This document shows positions 27,435 to 37,858 of a stretch of 64,000 nucleotides of DNA, in pieces (the first letter of the stretch is position 1; every line of letters starts with the position of its first letter). The notes under the pieces are model-generated. The model searched no databases and was not told the DNA's origin. It worked only from the letters and a program-made list of their open reading frames with translations. The stretch comes from Clostridiales bacterium. GTDB taxonomy: Bacteria; Bacillota; Dehalobacteriia; UBA7702. The stretch lies in contig JAXGQI010000004.1 in NCBI GenBank assembly GCA_040766525.1, forward strand, positions 9,869 to 73,868, read 5' to 3'. A program made the position numbers and the translations under genes.

Positions 27435-28055
27435 TTATTTCAGCTTTTCTAATGGATCAACTATATCAGACAACCCAAATTCAACATCTATACAATCGGT
27501 CAATAAATTTACTGCATTAAATATGGCATCAAAACGTTCCTTAATTTCTTCCATATAACTTTCTTTTTTGCTGTCATCATCCTGTCCCTCATTAACACGC
27601 CTACTTATATTTGTAATATTATCCTGCATTTCGTTCAACACAGGAAATAGTGTCTTGGGCAGAATGGCTTTCATATATGATAACTCAAAGATAAAATCTA
27701 TATCAAATAATTTAATCTCTTGCTTTTTTTCTATATCTTTAATTTTAGATATATACTTCTCCCAAACAACGCCATCCATTGTATTATTAGTTTTTGAAGA
27801 ACAAACTATAGAAATTCTGCCTATTTTGGATAATACATCATGATACTCGAAATAAACAGGGAAGAGATTTGATTTTATCTCTCTTTCTTGCATCTCGATT
27901 TGTTTTTTTGCCAGTTTTTCGTTTTGTGATTTTAATTGAAGTGCTACCCAAAAAGCAAGTCCAGCTGCAACCCAAACCCCAATAGCCTCCACAGTGGACC
28001 AAATTCCTACGGTTTCCGATGTGGTCAAAGTTTCTGCAAAAAGAATCCAATTCAT
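27435..28055 (-). CDS. Hypothetical membrane-anchored coiled-coil protein in an AT-rich islet
   Basis: 206-aa ORF. N-terminal hydrophobic segments (VGIWSTVEAIGVWVAAGLAFWVALQL), then a Lys/Glu-rich helical region. Composition clearly more AT-rich than the flanks. Confidence 0.6.
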   Translation of the reverse strand: MNWILFAETLTTSETVGIWSTVEAIGVWVAAGLAFWVALQLKSQNEKLAKKQIEMQEREIKSNLFPVYFEYHDVLSKIGRISIVCSSKTNNTMDGVVWEKYISKIKDIEKKQEIKLFDIDFIFELSYMKAILPKTLFPVLNEMQDNITNISRRVNEGQDDDSKKESYMEEIKERFDAIFNAVNLLTDCIDVEFGLSDIVDPLEKLK

Positions 28056-28250
28056 ATCCTATCACTCCTCTTGAATCCAATAACTTTGATAAGTTTCGAC
28101 AGAAATATCATAACCCCTTCAAGTCATATCCTGAAAGAATATATTCCCATACTGTTAAGATTCAATTATTGTGCTTAAACGCCTTCAATCAAACATCTAT
28201 AACAGGTATTTTAACAATAACCCACTATGAATGACATTAACACCATATGA

Positions 28251-28281
28251 AAAGCCTTGCGTTAATCGCAAGGCTTTTTTT
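28251..28281. terminator. Stem-loop terminator downstream of the tRNA
   Basis: AAAGCCTTGCG-ttaat-CGCAAGGCTTT plus a T-run. Its arms nearly match the 27187-27219 hairpin. Confidence 0.6.
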
Positions 28282-28284
28282 GTT

Positions 28285-28359
28285 TGGTGGGCCCACCTGG
28301 GATCGAACCAGGGACCGACCGGTTATGAGCCGGGGGCTCTACCGCTGAGCTATAGGCCC
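28285..28359 (-). tRNA. tRNA with anticodon CAT (Met, or Ile2 if lysidine-modified), CCA-encoded
   Basis: Reverse complement is GGGCCTATAGCTCAGCGGTAGAGCCCCCGGCTCATAACCGGTCGGTCCCTGGTTCGATCCCAGGTGGGCCCACCA (75 nt). It folds as a cloverleaf with a 7-bp acceptor stem, anticodon loop CTCATAA and T-loop GGTTCGATCC. Confidence 0.9.
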
Positions 28360-28375
28360 GAATCTACCTTAAATA

Positions 28376-28404
28376 ATCATAGTCCAGGTGGCCGGCAGAT
28401 CCAA
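28376..28404 (-). promoter_or_regulatory. Sigma-A-type promoter for the tRNA
   Basis: On the minus strand: TTGGAT, 17 nt, TATGAT, about 17 nt upstream of the mature tRNA 5' end. Confidence 0.4.
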
Positions 28405-28459
28405 CCCCTGGACAATGCAGCAAATATATTGTACAAAAAATCTAAAACCCCGTCAAGTT

Positions 28460-29554
28460 TTATTCCAGATAATCCTTTAATTTCCGGCTGCGACTGGGAT
28501 GGCGGAGCTTCCGCAATGCCTTTGCTTCAATCTGGCGAATCCGCTCCCGGGTAACGCCGAATTCCTGCCCCACTTCTTCCAAGGTCCGGGAACGCCCATC
28601 GTCAAGACCGAAGCGCAATTGCAAAACTTTGCGCTCTCTCGCCGTCAAGGTATCCAAGACATCATCCAACTGCTCTTTTAAGAGCATAAAAGAGGCGGCT
28701 TCCGCTGGAGCCGGCGCATCTTCATCCTCGATAAAATCGCCGAGATGGCTGTCATCTTCTTCCCCGATCGGGGTTTCCAACGAGACCGGTTCTTGGGCGA
28801 TCTTCTGAATTTCCCGCACACGCTCAACGGAAACTTCCATTTCCCCGGCTATTTCTTCCGGCAAGGGTTCCCGCCCTAAATCCTGCAATAACTGCCGATT
28901 GATGCGGTGCAATTTATTGATCGTTTCCACCATATGAACGGGGATACGGATCGTCCTGGCTTGGTCGGCAATGGCTCTTGTGATGGCCTGCCGAATCCAC
29001 CAAGTTGCATAGGTGCTGAATTTATATCCTCTACGATAATCAAACTTTTCCACAGCTTTAATAAGACCGAGATTCCCCTCTTGGATCAGATCCAAAAAGA
29101 GCATCCCCCGCCCTACATAGCGCTTGGCAATACTGACAACGAGACGAAGATTGGATTCCGCTAAGCGGCGTTTGGCCTCTTCATCCCCGTCTTCCATCCG
29201 CTGGGCCAGATCGACTTCTTCTTCCGCGGAAAGAAGGGGCACCCGCCCGATCTCTTTAAGGTACATTTTTACCGGATCGTCAATAAAAATACCATCGGGA
29301 ATGGAAAGATCCACTTCACTTTCCACAACATGCACCAAATTTTCCGGCGGTTCAATATGATCCAAATCCGCAGCATCATCGATAATATCTATGCCCGCTT
29401 GGGTGAAATGGATGTAGATTTCGTCCATCTGTTCCGGGGACAAGTCAATATCGCTCAAAGCATCCTGAATCTCGGCATATGTCAAAAAGTTGCGGCTTTT
29501 GCCGCTCACCATCAGCTTTTTGATTATGTCAGGATTAGCTTGTTCCGACTTCAT
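28460..29554 (-). CDS. rpoD: Primary RNA polymerase sigma factor (sigma-70/SigA)
   Basis: 364 aa. Region 2 ([45 protein letters not shown]) and region 4 ([28 protein letters not shown]). Confidence 0.95.
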   Translation of the reverse strand: MKSEQANPDIIKKLMVSGKSRNFLTYAEIQDALSDIDLSPEQMDEIYIHFTQAGIDIIDDAADLDHIEPPENLVHVVESEVDLSIPDGIFIDDPVKMYLKEIGRVPLLSAEEEVDLAQRMEDGDEEAKRRLAESNLRLVVSIAKRYVGRGMLFLDLIQEGNLGLIKAVEKFDYRRGYKFSTYATWWIRQAITRAIADQARTIRIPVHMVETINKLHRINRQLLQDLGREPLPEEIAGEMEVSVERVREIQKIAQEPVSLETPIGEEDDSHLGDFIEDEDAPAPAEAASFMLLKEQLDDVLDTLTARERKVLQLRFGLDDGRSRTLEEVGQEFGVTRERIRQIEAKALRKLRHPSRSRKLKDYLE

Positions 29555-29592
29555 TTACTTCCCCCCTAAAATGCTTAATAATGAGATATTCA

Positions 29593-31359
29593 CTATATTT
29601 TCCTTAATTCCTGCTGCTTTTTGTCAAATTCCTGTAAAAGTCTTAGGAAATCCATATGATTTTCTTGTCCTTCTGCGCCTTTGATCGACAACTCAAGGGC
29701 TCGGAGTTCATTTTCCAATTTATCCCGCTTGATTTTTCGAAGGCAATCTTCCAAAGCGCCGGCGCGGTCCCCTTCCGGAACTTCTTCCATCAAGAAGGAT
29801 AGGAGGTACTTTCTTGCTTCCTCTTCGGCTAAACCCGCCAAATCCCGGGCTTGCCAGGAATATTCCTCATAATGCTCCCGAATCAGGGACATCAACTTTG
29901 CCAGCGGGGAACTCTGTAAGAAATCCCAACCGATCTCTGCTTCCACGCGGTCGTAAAAATCCTTATCTTCCATAGCGAGGTGGCACAAGAAACGGGCCGC
30001 CCCATCGTCAATCTGCGCTGTCTTTTGCGGCTGATAGGAAAAATCCCGCCCGATAGCGTCTTTCCCTTCCGCCGCGCCCCGCCGAATGTCCGCCATGAGC
30101 AGTTCCTCGGCGATCTCCAACCTTTGCGCAATCATGCGTATATACTCATTTTTTTCCACTGCATCTTTCACGGAAAGCAGCGGCGTTAAAAGTGCCTTTA
30201 CGATATCGGCTTTGCCTTCCGCCCGATGAGCGTCATGTTCGGCAAAGGCGCGTTCCATCAAATATTCGATATGGTTCGGGGCATTCTCCCGTAATGATTC
30301 CCAAGCGGCGATCCCTTTTTTACGGAGAAAATCATCGGGATCCATTCCATCGGGAAGGGGCAATACCCGAATACGGAAATCCTGTTTCGCCAAGATCTCC
30401 ATCGAGCGCAAGGCGGCCTTTCGCCCCGCGCCGTCCCCGTCAAAGGCCAATAAAACCTTTTGCCCATAGCGCTTCAATAGTTTTGCCTGATCTTCGGTAA
30501 AAGCGGTCCCCAAGGGCGCTACGGCGTTTTTGAGGCCGAATTGATGGGCGCTCATGACATCGATATAGCCTTCCATCAAGATGGCTTCCCCGGTTTCCCG
30601 AATATGGGGCCCGGCCAAATGGAGGCCGTATAGATTGCGGCTTTTATTGAAAAGAGGCGTCTCTGCCGAATTCAAATACTTTGGCTCCCCTTCCCCGATG
30701 ATGCGGCCACCAAAAGCGATGATTTTGCCTTTCGGGTCGGCAATGGGGAACATCAGCCGCTTGCGAAAACGGTCAAACACTTTGCCGCTCTCCCCTTTTG
30801 TCACAACACCGGCACGCAAGAGCTCTTCTTCCTCGAAACCGGCTTTCCTGAGGTGGAGTTTTAATTCCTCCCAGCCCTCCGGCGCATACCCCAAGGCGAA
30901 AGCGTCGATCACCTCATCGGAAAGATCCCGCCGCTGCAAATACGCCCGGCAAGCCTGGGCCTTTCCCAGCTGCTCCTGGAAAAAACGGGCGGTCTCTTCA
31001 TTGACGTCAAAAAGGCGCCTTCTTTCATCCTGCCGCTTTTGCTCTCCCGGGGTCATTTCCTTTTCCGGTAAGGGCACGCCGGCGCGGGCCGCCAATTTTT
31101 CCGCCGCTTCGGGGAAAGTCAAATGCTCATACTCCATGAGGAAGTCAATGCAATTGCCCCCCTTTTGGCAACCGAAACAATAAAATATCTGCTTATCCGG
31201 GGAAACGGTGAAGGAAGGCGTGTCTTCCAAATGAAAGGGACAAAGCCCGACATAGTTGCGGCCCCGTTTCTTCATCATCACAACGGAGGAGATCAACTCC
31301 ACCAGATCGATGCGATCTCTGATTTCTTCGATTGTTTCCTGCGGAATATAGCCTTTCAC
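29593..31359 (-). CDS. dnaG: DNA primase
   Basis: 588 aa. Zinc finger CPFHLEDTPSFTVSPDKQIFYCFGC, TOPRIM region EGYIDV...FDGDGAG. Confidence 0.95.
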   Translation of the reverse strand: MKGYIPQETIEEIRDRIDLVELISSVVMMKKRGRNYVGLCPFHLEDTPSFTVSPDKQIFYCFGCQKGGNCIDFLMEYEHLTFPEAAEKLAARAGVPLPEKEMTPGEQKRQDERRRLFDVNEETARFFQEQLGKAQACRAYLQRRDLSDEVIDAFALGYAPEGWEELKLHLRKAGFEEEELLRAGVVTKGESGKVFDRFRKRLMFPIADPKGKIIAFGGRIIGEGEPKYLNSAETPLFNKSRNLYGLHLAGPHIRETGEAILMEGYIDVMSAHQFGLKNAVAPLGTAFTEDQAKLLKRYGQKVLLAFDGDGAGRKAALRSMEILAKQDFRIRVLPLPDGMDPDDFLRKKGIAAWESLRENAPNHIEYLMERAFAEHDAHRAEGKADIVKALLTPLLSVKDAVEKNEYIRMIAQRLEIAEELLMADIRRGAAEGKDAIGRDFSYQPQKTAQIDDGAARFLCHLAMEDKDFYDRVEAEIGWDFLQSSPLAKLMSLIREHYEEYSWQARDLAGLAEEEARKYLLSFLMEEVPEGDRAGALEDCLRKIKRDKLENELRALELSIKGAEGQENHMDFLRLLQEFDKKQQELRKI

Positions 31360-31656
31360 AGTTCAATCCTCTTTTCTCTTCCGGCTTATTATGGATAGCA
31401 TTAAGGAAAAATATACAAAAAAGGGAAAAAAAACCAGCATACTTTTAGCCTTCAAGGTTAAAATAAAATTGAGCGAAGGAGCCGGTTTGCGGGCAGAACG
31501 GGCAACCGCCCGAAATGCACAATCGTGCTTGAATGGCAAAAGCCCCAAAGCATTAAAATAATGCCCCCAAACCCGCCGATTTGCGTTGGAAGGACGTCCT
31601 GGCTGCTTTTTAGTCCACGGCAGCATAGCTTGACCAGCGAAGAGGCGGCCTTCCTT

Positions 31657-32655
31657 TTATATATTCATAAAATGGAATCCTTTGGGCACAAAATATTCGA
31701 TAAAACAGCGTAACGCATAAATATCGGTCATCCCGGCGATATAGTCCTTAATCTGAATCGCCAGGTCTTCCTCCTGGTAATGCTCGGGAAGAAGCTCGGG
31801 ATGCTCTTGATAATAATTGTATAACGATTGGATCAAATGCTTCGAGCGCACTTCTTCCAAAAGAATTTCCTCTTTTAAATAGACGGTATCCGTCAAAAAC
31901 TGCCGCAATTCCATCAACGCTTCGTAACGCTCGGGGGAAAGGCCGATCTTCCCTTCCTGCTCATAAAAGTAGACCATATCGGCAACAAGAGCGTCGATCC
32001 GCACGCCGTGGGCGTCCCCCAAAACCGACATCGCCTCCGCCGGTAAATCCAACGGACACAAAAACCCGCTCCGCAAAGAATCATCAATATCATGGTTAAC
32101 ATAAGCGATCCGGTCCGCTGTCCGCACGATCTGCCCTTCCAAAGTGAAGGGCTCTTGCTTGCCGGTGTGGCATAAGATCCCATCCCGCACTTCGGCAGTA
32201 AGGTTCAAACCTTCCCCATCCCGCTCTAAGAGATCCACCACCCGCAAACTCTGCTCATTATGATGAAAAGGCATCGGCAAAAGCGCATTTAAAGACCGCT
32301 CTCCCGCATGGCCGAAGGGCGTATGCCCCAAATCGTGGCCGAGAGCAATCGCTTCCGCCAAATCCTCATTTAAAGCAAGGCTCCGCGCAATGGTGCGGGA
32401 AATCTGCGAGACTTCCAAAGTGTGGGTCAGACGGGTGCGAAAATGATCCCCCATCGCCGGGAGATAGACCTGGGTCTTATATTTTAAGCGGCGAAAGCTC
32501 TTGCAATGAATGATCCGATCGCGGTCCCGCTGAAATTCCGTGCGCAAGGGACAAGGCAGCAGTGGTTTTTGCCTGCCTCGGCTATTTTTACTCAATGCGG
32601 CTCCCGGGGCCAAAAATTGTTCTTCCCGGGCTTCCAATGCGATTCGGTCCAACAT
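31657..32655 (-). CDS. dgt: dGTPase-like HD-domain triphosphohydrolase
   Basis: ORF 31657..32811 trimmed to ATG 32655 behind GGGAGG. FQRDRDRIIHCKSFRRLKYKTQV, HD motif LGHDLGHTPFGH. Confidence 0.85.
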   Translation of the reverse strand: MLDRIALEAREEQFLAPGAALSKNSRGRQKPLLPCPLRTEFQRDRDRIIHCKSFRRLKYKTQVYLPAMGDHFRTRLTHTLEVSQISRTIARSLALNEDLAEAIALGHDLGHTPFGHAGERSLNALLPMPFHHNEQSLRVVDLLERDGEGLNLTAEVRDGILCHTGKQEPFTLEGQIVRTADRIAYVNHDIDDSLRSGFLCPLDLPAEAMSVLGDAHGVRIDALVADMVYFYEQEGKIGLSPERYEALMELRQFLTDTVYLKEEILLEEVRSKHLIQSLYNYYQEHPELLPEHYQEEDLAIQIKDYIAGMTDIYALRCFIEYFVPKGFHFMNI

Positions 32656-32869
32656 CCTCTGATTCCTCCCGATTGATTCCCAAAACTTTTTCCCTACAAT
32701 AATATATATAACATTTCTCCCCATTTTCCTGCCGGATCTTTCGAATCCGGACAAAAGCCGTGCCATAATAAAAAAATTTTTATTTCGGGCTTGACAAAAC
32801 AACCGACCCACTGTATTATTGTATTAGATGCTTAATACAGTAGTACAATGGAAACGAGGTGATCCCATC

Positions 32870-33250
32870 GTGAAAACATTCGACGCCACCACGCCGATCT
32901 ATCTACAAATCATGGACGACATCAAAAAACAAATCTGTGCCGGGCATCTGCATCCGGGAGAAAAACTCCCTTCCGTGCGTGATTTCGCCCTCTCCCAGGG
33001 AGTGAATCCCAATACGGTGCAGAAAGCTTTTAGCCAATTAGAGCAATCGCAACTGCTCTTCGCCAATCGGACAAACGGACGCTTTGTTACAGAAGATAAG
33101 GAGTTGATCACACAGATGAAAAATGAAATGGCCACCGGTTATGTCACGGAGTTTCTCAACCGAATGGCAGAAATCGGTTATCAAAAAGACCATGTCATCA
33201 GCTTATTAGAAGAATATGCCAAAGGAGAGGATACCGATGTATACAATTGA
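32870..33250 (+). CDS. GntR-family (YtrA-like) transcriptional regulator
   Basis: ORF 32828..33250, GTG 32870 behind GAGGTG. PIYLQIMDDIKKQICAGHLHPGEKLPSVRDFALSQGVNPNTVQKAF. Confidence 0.8.
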   Translation: MKTFDATTPIYLQIMDDIKKQICAGHLHPGEKLPSVRDFALSQGVNPNTVQKAFSQLEQSQLLFANRTNGRFVTEDKELITQMKNEMATGYVTEFLNRMAEIGYQKDHVISLLEEYAKGEDTDVYN

Positions 33251-33932
33251 AGCATTGAATTTATCTAAACGATATGGGCAGATCCAGGCTTTGGACTCCC
33301 TCAATTTTACGCTTGAACAGGGGAAAATCATCGGGCTTTTGGGCCCCAACGGCAGTGGCAAAACCACTCTGCTGAAGCTTATCAACGGTCTCCTTACCCC
33401 CAGCCAAGGGCAGATCTTGGTCAATGGCCAAGCACCGGGAGACGAATCGAAAAAGCTCATTTCCTATCTGCCGGAAAGGACCTATCTCAATAATTGGATG
33501 AAGGTTCGGGACATCGTTGCCTTTTTTGCCGATTTCTACCCCGATTTCGATCGCGCCAAAGCCCAAGAAATGCTCCGAGAGATGGATATTGATGAAAATC
33601 AGAAATTGAAGACCTTATCCAAAGGCACGAAAGAAAAAGTACAGCTGATCCTCGTCATGTCCCGCTCCGCCCTTTTTTACCTGTTGGATGAACCCATCGG
33701 TGGCGTTGACCCGGCGGCGCGGGATTATATCTTAGACACGATCTTGACGAAATATAATCCGGAGGCATCGATCTTGATCTCCACCCATCTCATTACCGAT
33801 GTAGAAAGGATTTTCGACGATATTATCTTCCTCAATAAGGGGCGTATCGTCTTGGCCGGCAATGTCGACGATATCCGGGCCCAAGAAGGAAAATCGATTG
33901 ACGCATTGTTTAGGGAGGTATTCAAATGTTAG
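33237..33932 (+). CDS. ABC transporter ATP-binding protein
   Basis: ATG 33237 behind AAAGGAGAGG. Walker A GPNGSGKTT, signature LSKGTKEKV, Walker B FYLLDEP. Confidence 0.9.
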   Translation: MYTIEALNLSKRYGQIQALDSLNFTLEQGKIIGLLGPNGSGKTTLLKLINGLLTPSQGQILVNGQAPGDESKKLISYLPERTYLNNWMKVRDIVAFFADFYPDFDRAKAQEMLREMDIDENQKLKTLSKGTKEKVQLILVMSRSALFYLLDEPIGGVDPAARDYILDTILTKYNPEASILISTHLITDVERIFDDIIFLNKGRIVLAGNVDDIRAQEGKSIDALFREVFKC

Positions 33933-34693
33933 GGAAATTGATCAAATACGAATGGAAGGCCACTTGCCGCATTCTTCTCCCCCTATACGGTATTTATCTG
34001 ATCACCGCCATTTTGACAAATCTATTTTATGTCGGCGACCTATCCTTTTTCGCCGGTATGGGGATGTTTATCTTCTTCAGCCTCAGTATCGCCTGCATCG
34101 TGATGACCATTGTCTTGCTGATTCAGCGTTTTAATACCAATCTCCTGCAGGATGAAGGTTACCTCATGTTTACGCTGCCGGTATCGACGCCACAGCTGAT
34201 CCTTTCCAAAATGCTCATCGCCTTGGCTTGGGGCATCCTGGGCGGCCTCATCGGCATCTTGGGCGGCGTCCTCCTCGCCTTGAATGGTGACGCCATTATG
34301 GGGCTACAAGAAGTCATTGAAGAGATCCAACCCTATTTATCGATGATCACGTGGGAATATTATGCCCTTGCCATCATCTTTCTGCTTGGGAGCATCATCT
34401 GGTATGCCACCTTTATCATGACGGTATACGCTTCCCTGTCGACGGGACAATTACCCATCGTAAGTAAATATCGCCGTTTGGTGTCCCTTGGCTGCTTCCT
34501 TGGCTTCTTTATTATCTTCGGCAATATTGCCTCCTTCGTTGAACAGGTCGTCTTCGATACGAGCCTCACAACCCCGGATCCAGGAAGCATGCTTTTGCCG
34601 ACGGGAACCGCCGTCATTATTGAAGCCGCATATTTAGTCGCCCTCTTTTTCCTCACCCGCTATATTTTGAAGCGGCATCTCAATTTAGAATAA
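33926..34693 (+). CDS. ABC-2-type transporter membrane protein (hypothetical permease)
   Basis: 255-aa polytopic ORF overlapping the ATPase stop. Typical third gene of YtrA-type GntR-ABC modules. Confidence 0.7.
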   Translation: MLGKLIKYEWKATCRILLPLYGIYLITAILTNLFYVGDLSFFAGMGMFIFFSLSIACIVMTIVLLIQRFNTNLLQDEGYLMFTLPVSTPQLILSKMLIALAWGILGGLIGILGGVLLALNGDAIMGLQEVIEEIQPYLSMITWEYYALAIIFLLGSIIWYATFIMTVYASLSTGQLPIVSKYRRLVSLGCFLGFFIIFGNIASFVEQVVFDTSLTTPDPGSMLLPTGTAVIIEAAYLVALFFLTRYILKRHLNLE

Positions 34694-34708
34694 CCGTACC
34701 AAATAATA

Positions 34709-34750
34709 ATTCCCGGCCGGAGCATTTAGCGCCGTGCCGGGAATTTTTTT
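34709..34750. terminator. Stem-loop terminator between convergent ABC and pyrD genes
   Basis: ATTCCCGGC...GCCGGGAAT followed by TTTTTTT. Confidence 0.7.
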
Positions 34751-34766
34751 CGTCTCTTCTTCCGCC

Positions 34767-35684
34767 TCAGCGAAAGGCGGCACCTACAAGATCCTGTACA
34801 TCATCAAAGCCGTGCCGCTCCAAATACGACTCGATACCGGCAATGATCTCCAACATAATACTGGGTTTGATAAAATTCCCGATCCCTACCTGCACAGCGG
34901 AAGCCCCGGCCAAAAAGAACTCAATCGCATCTTCGGCCCGCAAAATTCCGCCCATCCCCAAAATCGGGATCTTCACCTTCTGCGCCGCTTTCCAAACCAT
35001 ATGGAGGGCCACAGGCTTAATCGCCGGGCCGGAAAGGCCGCCGGTGATATTGGACAAAACCGGCTTACGCTTCTCGATATCGATGGCAATCCCCGTCAAA
35101 GTATTGATGAGGGAAAGGGCATCGGCGCCGGCAGATTCCACAGCTTCGGCCATCACGGCAATATCCGTAACATTGGGCGATAGTTTCACGATCAAGGGCA
35201 AGGAAGTCCTCGCTTTGACCGCTTGGGTGACATCAGCAGCCAAAAGGGGGTCGACCCCAAAAGCCACGCCGCCTTCCTCTACATTGGGGCAGGAAATATT
35301 GAGCTCCAAACCGGCGATTCCCTCGACTCGGTCGAGCTCCCCGGCAAGATCGGCATAATCCTGCTTCGTTTTGCCGGCTAAATTCACGATCACCGGCACA
35401 TCATATTGCCGCAAGAAGGGCATCTTCTTTTCCACAAAGACCTCAAGCCCGGGATTTTGCCAACCGATGGCATTCAACATTCCTCCCGGCGTCTCACAGA
35501 CGCGGGGAGGAGGATTCCCCTGGGTGGGTTTTAAGGTAACGGATTTCACAACGATCGCCCCCAGTGCGTTTAAATCCAAAAAACTTTCATATTCCTCGCC
35601 AAAACCAAAACAACCGGAGGCGGGCATCACGGGATTTTTCATTTCGATACCGGCAATATTCACCCGAAGATTTGGCTTAGTCAT
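34767..35684 (-). CDS. pyrD: Dihydroorotate dehydrogenase B, catalytic subunit
   Basis: ORF 34767..35738 trimmed to ATG 35684 ([29 protein letters not shown]), overlapping the pyrK stop. Confidence 0.9.
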   Translation of the reverse strand: MTKPNLRVNIAGIEMKNPVMPASGCFGFGEEYESFLDLNALGAIVVKSVTLKPTQGNPPPRVCETPGGMLNAIGWQNPGLEVFVEKKMPFLRQYDVPVIVNLAGKTKQDYADLAGELDRVEGIAGLELNISCPNVEEGGVAFGVDPLLAADVTQAVKARTSLPLIVKLSPNVTDIAVMAEAVESAGADALSLINTLTGIAIDIEKRKPVLSNITGGLSGPAIKPVALHMVWKAAQKVKIPILGMGGILRAEDAIEFFLAGASAVQVGIGNFIKPSIMLEIIAGIESYLERHGFDDVQDLVGAAFR

Positions 35685-36444
35685 CGAATACCACCTCATT
35701 TCCGTTGAAAACCGGCCCGGTACTGCAAACATTTTCATAGGCGATCGATTCGCCCTTTTTCACCTTCGTCACACAACCGCGGCAAGCGCCTACGCCGCAA
35801 GCCATACGCGCCTCTAAGGAAAGCTCCGTCGGCACGCCCTGCTCTTTTCCCCATTGTGCCACCGCACGCAGCATTGGCTCCGGGCCACAGCTATAAATCA
35901 TTTCCGGATTTTCCCCGGCTAAAAGCGTCGTTACAAAACCACGCTGGCCGACGCTGCCATCTTCCGTTGCGATGCGGACGGGAATGCCCCGTTCCTCCAA
36001 ATCCCCTAAAAGCGCCAAACCGCTTTTATCACGGGCGCCGAAGAGAAATTGAAAGGGAATCTGCTCTTTTTGCAAAACATCCGCTAAATAGACCAAGGGC
36101 GCAATCCCGATGCCACCGGCAACCAAACATACGGGGCCTTGTTTCGGCAAAGGGAAACCATTGCCCAAAGGGCCGAAAAAGGAAACAATATCTCCCGGCT
36201 GCCGCAAAGAAAGCCAGCGTGTTCCCTCTCCTGTGATCTGCAATAAAATCGTTAAACGGTCTTTGTCCACCCGGTGGATACTGATCGGGCGGGGCATGAG
36301 ACTGTAGACAGACCCGCCGCAATTGATATGGATAAACTGCCCCGGTTTTGAACTTGCAGTAATTTCCGGCGCAGCAAAAATAATACGCACAAAATCTTGG
36401 GCCACCGCTTCCACGGCGATGACTTCGGCCTTGACTTCCTTCAT
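35677..36444 (-). CDS. pyrK: Dihydroorotate dehydrogenase B, electron-transfer (FAD/[2Fe-2S]) subunit
   Basis: 255 aa. RPISIH flavin motif and C-terminal cluster motif CGVGACRGC. Confidence 0.9.
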   Translation of the reverse strand: MKEVKAEVIAVEAVAQDFVRIIFAAPEITASSKPGQFIHINCGGSVYSLMPRPISIHRVDKDRLTILLQITGEGTRWLSLRQPGDIVSFFGPLGNGFPLPKQGPVCLVAGGIGIAPLVYLADVLQKEQIPFQFLFGARDKSGLALLGDLEERGIPVRIATEDGSVGQRGFVTTLLAGENPEMIYSCGPEPMLRAVAQWGKEQGVPTELSLEARMACGVGACRGCVTKVKKGESIAYENVCSTGPVFNGNEVVFDD

Positions 36445-36615
36445 TCTTTCCTCCTCTTCTTTCTCTCAAATGAGCATAAGAAATCTTCTATTATTTCGAC
36501 AATTCACCTGGTTTTCCTTCCCTGTCAAAAGGGGAAGAAAAGGACGGTTTCTCCCCACGCATAACATCCCCCATTTTGCAGATACTGATGCTAAAAGCAG
36601 GGGGCGTGATCTTAC

Positions 36616-37044
36616 TTGAAAAAAACTTTTACCACATTATTTTTATTCCTCTTCGGCGGCAGCGCCTATTACTGTATTGAACTACTTTATCGCCAAAAAA
36701 GCCATTTCAGCATGTTTTGTGCCGGCGGCCTTTGCTTTCTTCTCATCGATAATATGCAACAAAAAATCGGAGGGAACACGCCTCTCTGGGTCCGCTGCAC
36801 TTTAGGATCGATCATCATTACCACGGTGGAATTGTTCACCGGTTGCATCGTCAATCTCTGGGCACGCTGGAATGTTTGGGATTACAGCCATTGCCAATTT
36901 CAATTATGGGGCCAAATCTGCTTTCGCTGTTCCGTGCTCTGGGTCTTCCTATCGGGAGTGGCCATCGGTTTCAGCAACTTTTTCCGCAAGATAATCCCTT
37001 ACTTTTCCCTACCTCGTCATCCGGCGATAAGAAAAAAACCATAA
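36616..37044 (+). CDS. Hypothetical integral membrane protein
   Basis: 142-aa ORF (TTG start) with four hydrophobic segments. No confident family assignment. Confidence 0.5.
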   Translation: MKKTFTTLFLFLFGGSAYYCIELLYRQKSHFSMFCAGGLCFLLIDNMQQKIGGNTPLWVRCTLGSIIITTVELFTGCIVNLWARWNVWDYSHCQFQLWGQICFRCSVLWVFLSGVAIGFSNFFRKIIPYFSLPRHPAIRKKP

Positions 37045-37126
37045 AGTCATAAGATTTTTATAGATTTTTTTGCTCTTTACTTTTATAATATAGATATAAG
37101 TTATAAACGAGAAGGAGGTAATTTTA

Positions 37127-37260
37127 ATGGCTATCTGTGAAAAATGCGGCATTGAAGTTCCCAGTAACGAAGTTTATAAGGTAAAGGAAAAACTCTTTGT
37201 GAATCTTGCGCGGTAAAATCCAAGACAACCCTCCGCATCAATGCGGACAATAAACCCTGA
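37127..37260 (+). CDS. Small zinc-ribbon protein (CxxC...CxxC), apparent homopolymer frameshift at about 37188-37192
   Basis: RBS GAAGGAGG then ATG 37127 gives MAICEKCGIEVPSNEVYKVK. After the GGAAAAAC run the frame continues as LCESCAVKSKTTLRINADNKP, stop at 37258-37260. Too short for the ORF track. Confidence 0.45.
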
Positions 37261-37292
37261 ACAAATACCGTTTTCTATGGATTTTTATATGA

Positions 37293-37319
37293 AAAGCACA
37301 GCAAAAACGCTGTGCTTTT
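37293..37319. terminator. Stem-loop terminator
   Basis: AAAGCACAGC-aaaaac-GCTGTGCTTT flanked by A/T runs, between convergent genes. Confidence 0.6.
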
Positions 37320-37388
37320 CTATTTGTATTTATCTTGATTATAAGCTACTGTGAAGTAACAATCCCCAAAAGACAATCGCACGGAAAC

Positions 37389-37856
37389 CTATTTATGATA
37401 CGGTTCGTTTTTAATGATCTTCTGGCAGCGATAGATTTGTTCCAAGAGAAAAACCCGGATCAATTGATGCGGAAAAGTCGCCTTGCCAAAAGAGAGCTTA
37501 CATTGGCAGCGGCTTTTGACTTCGTCACTCAAACCGAGAGACCCACCGATCAAAAAAGCAATTTCTTTTCCTTCCATATTACCCTTTTCTTCTAAGAGCA
37601 TTGCCAATTCGGGAGAGCTAAGCGCATTCCCCTCCAAATCCAGGGCAATGGCATAAACATCACGATCAAGATGACGAAGGAAAAAGGCGCCTTCTTTCGC
37701 CAATACCCGGTTGGGATCCCCCATATTGGCATCTTCTTCCGGGCCCTCCATGATCTCCAGCTTGGCATAAGGCTTGATGCGCTTTTCATAATCGTTTAAG
37801 GCCGCTTTCAAATAGGCTTCTTTGATCTTGCCAACGGCAAGGACTTTGACTTTCAT
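37389..37856 (-). CDS. rlmH: 23S rRNA (pseudouridine1915-N3)-methyltransferase
   Basis: 155 aa SPOUT protein; KVLAVGKIKEAYLKAALNDYEKRI...FLIGGSLGL...LSFGKATFPHQLIRVFLLEQIYR. Confidence 0.9.
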   Translation of the reverse strand: MKVKVLAVGKIKEAYLKAALNDYEKRIKPYAKLEIMEGPEEDANMGDPNRVLAKEGAFFLRHLDRDVYAIALDLEGNALSSPELAMLLEEKGNMEGKEIAFLIGGSLGLSDEVKSRCQCKLSFGKATFPHQLIRVFLLEQIYRCQKIIKNEPYHK

Positions 37857-37858
37857 GC

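Noticed and set aside
31363-31626. 87-aa minus-strand ORF in the dgt-dnaG spacer as a protein-coding gene
   Set aside because: It has no RBS and an implausible composition, and it overlaps dense inverted repeats. The region is reported instead as a possible structured RNA.
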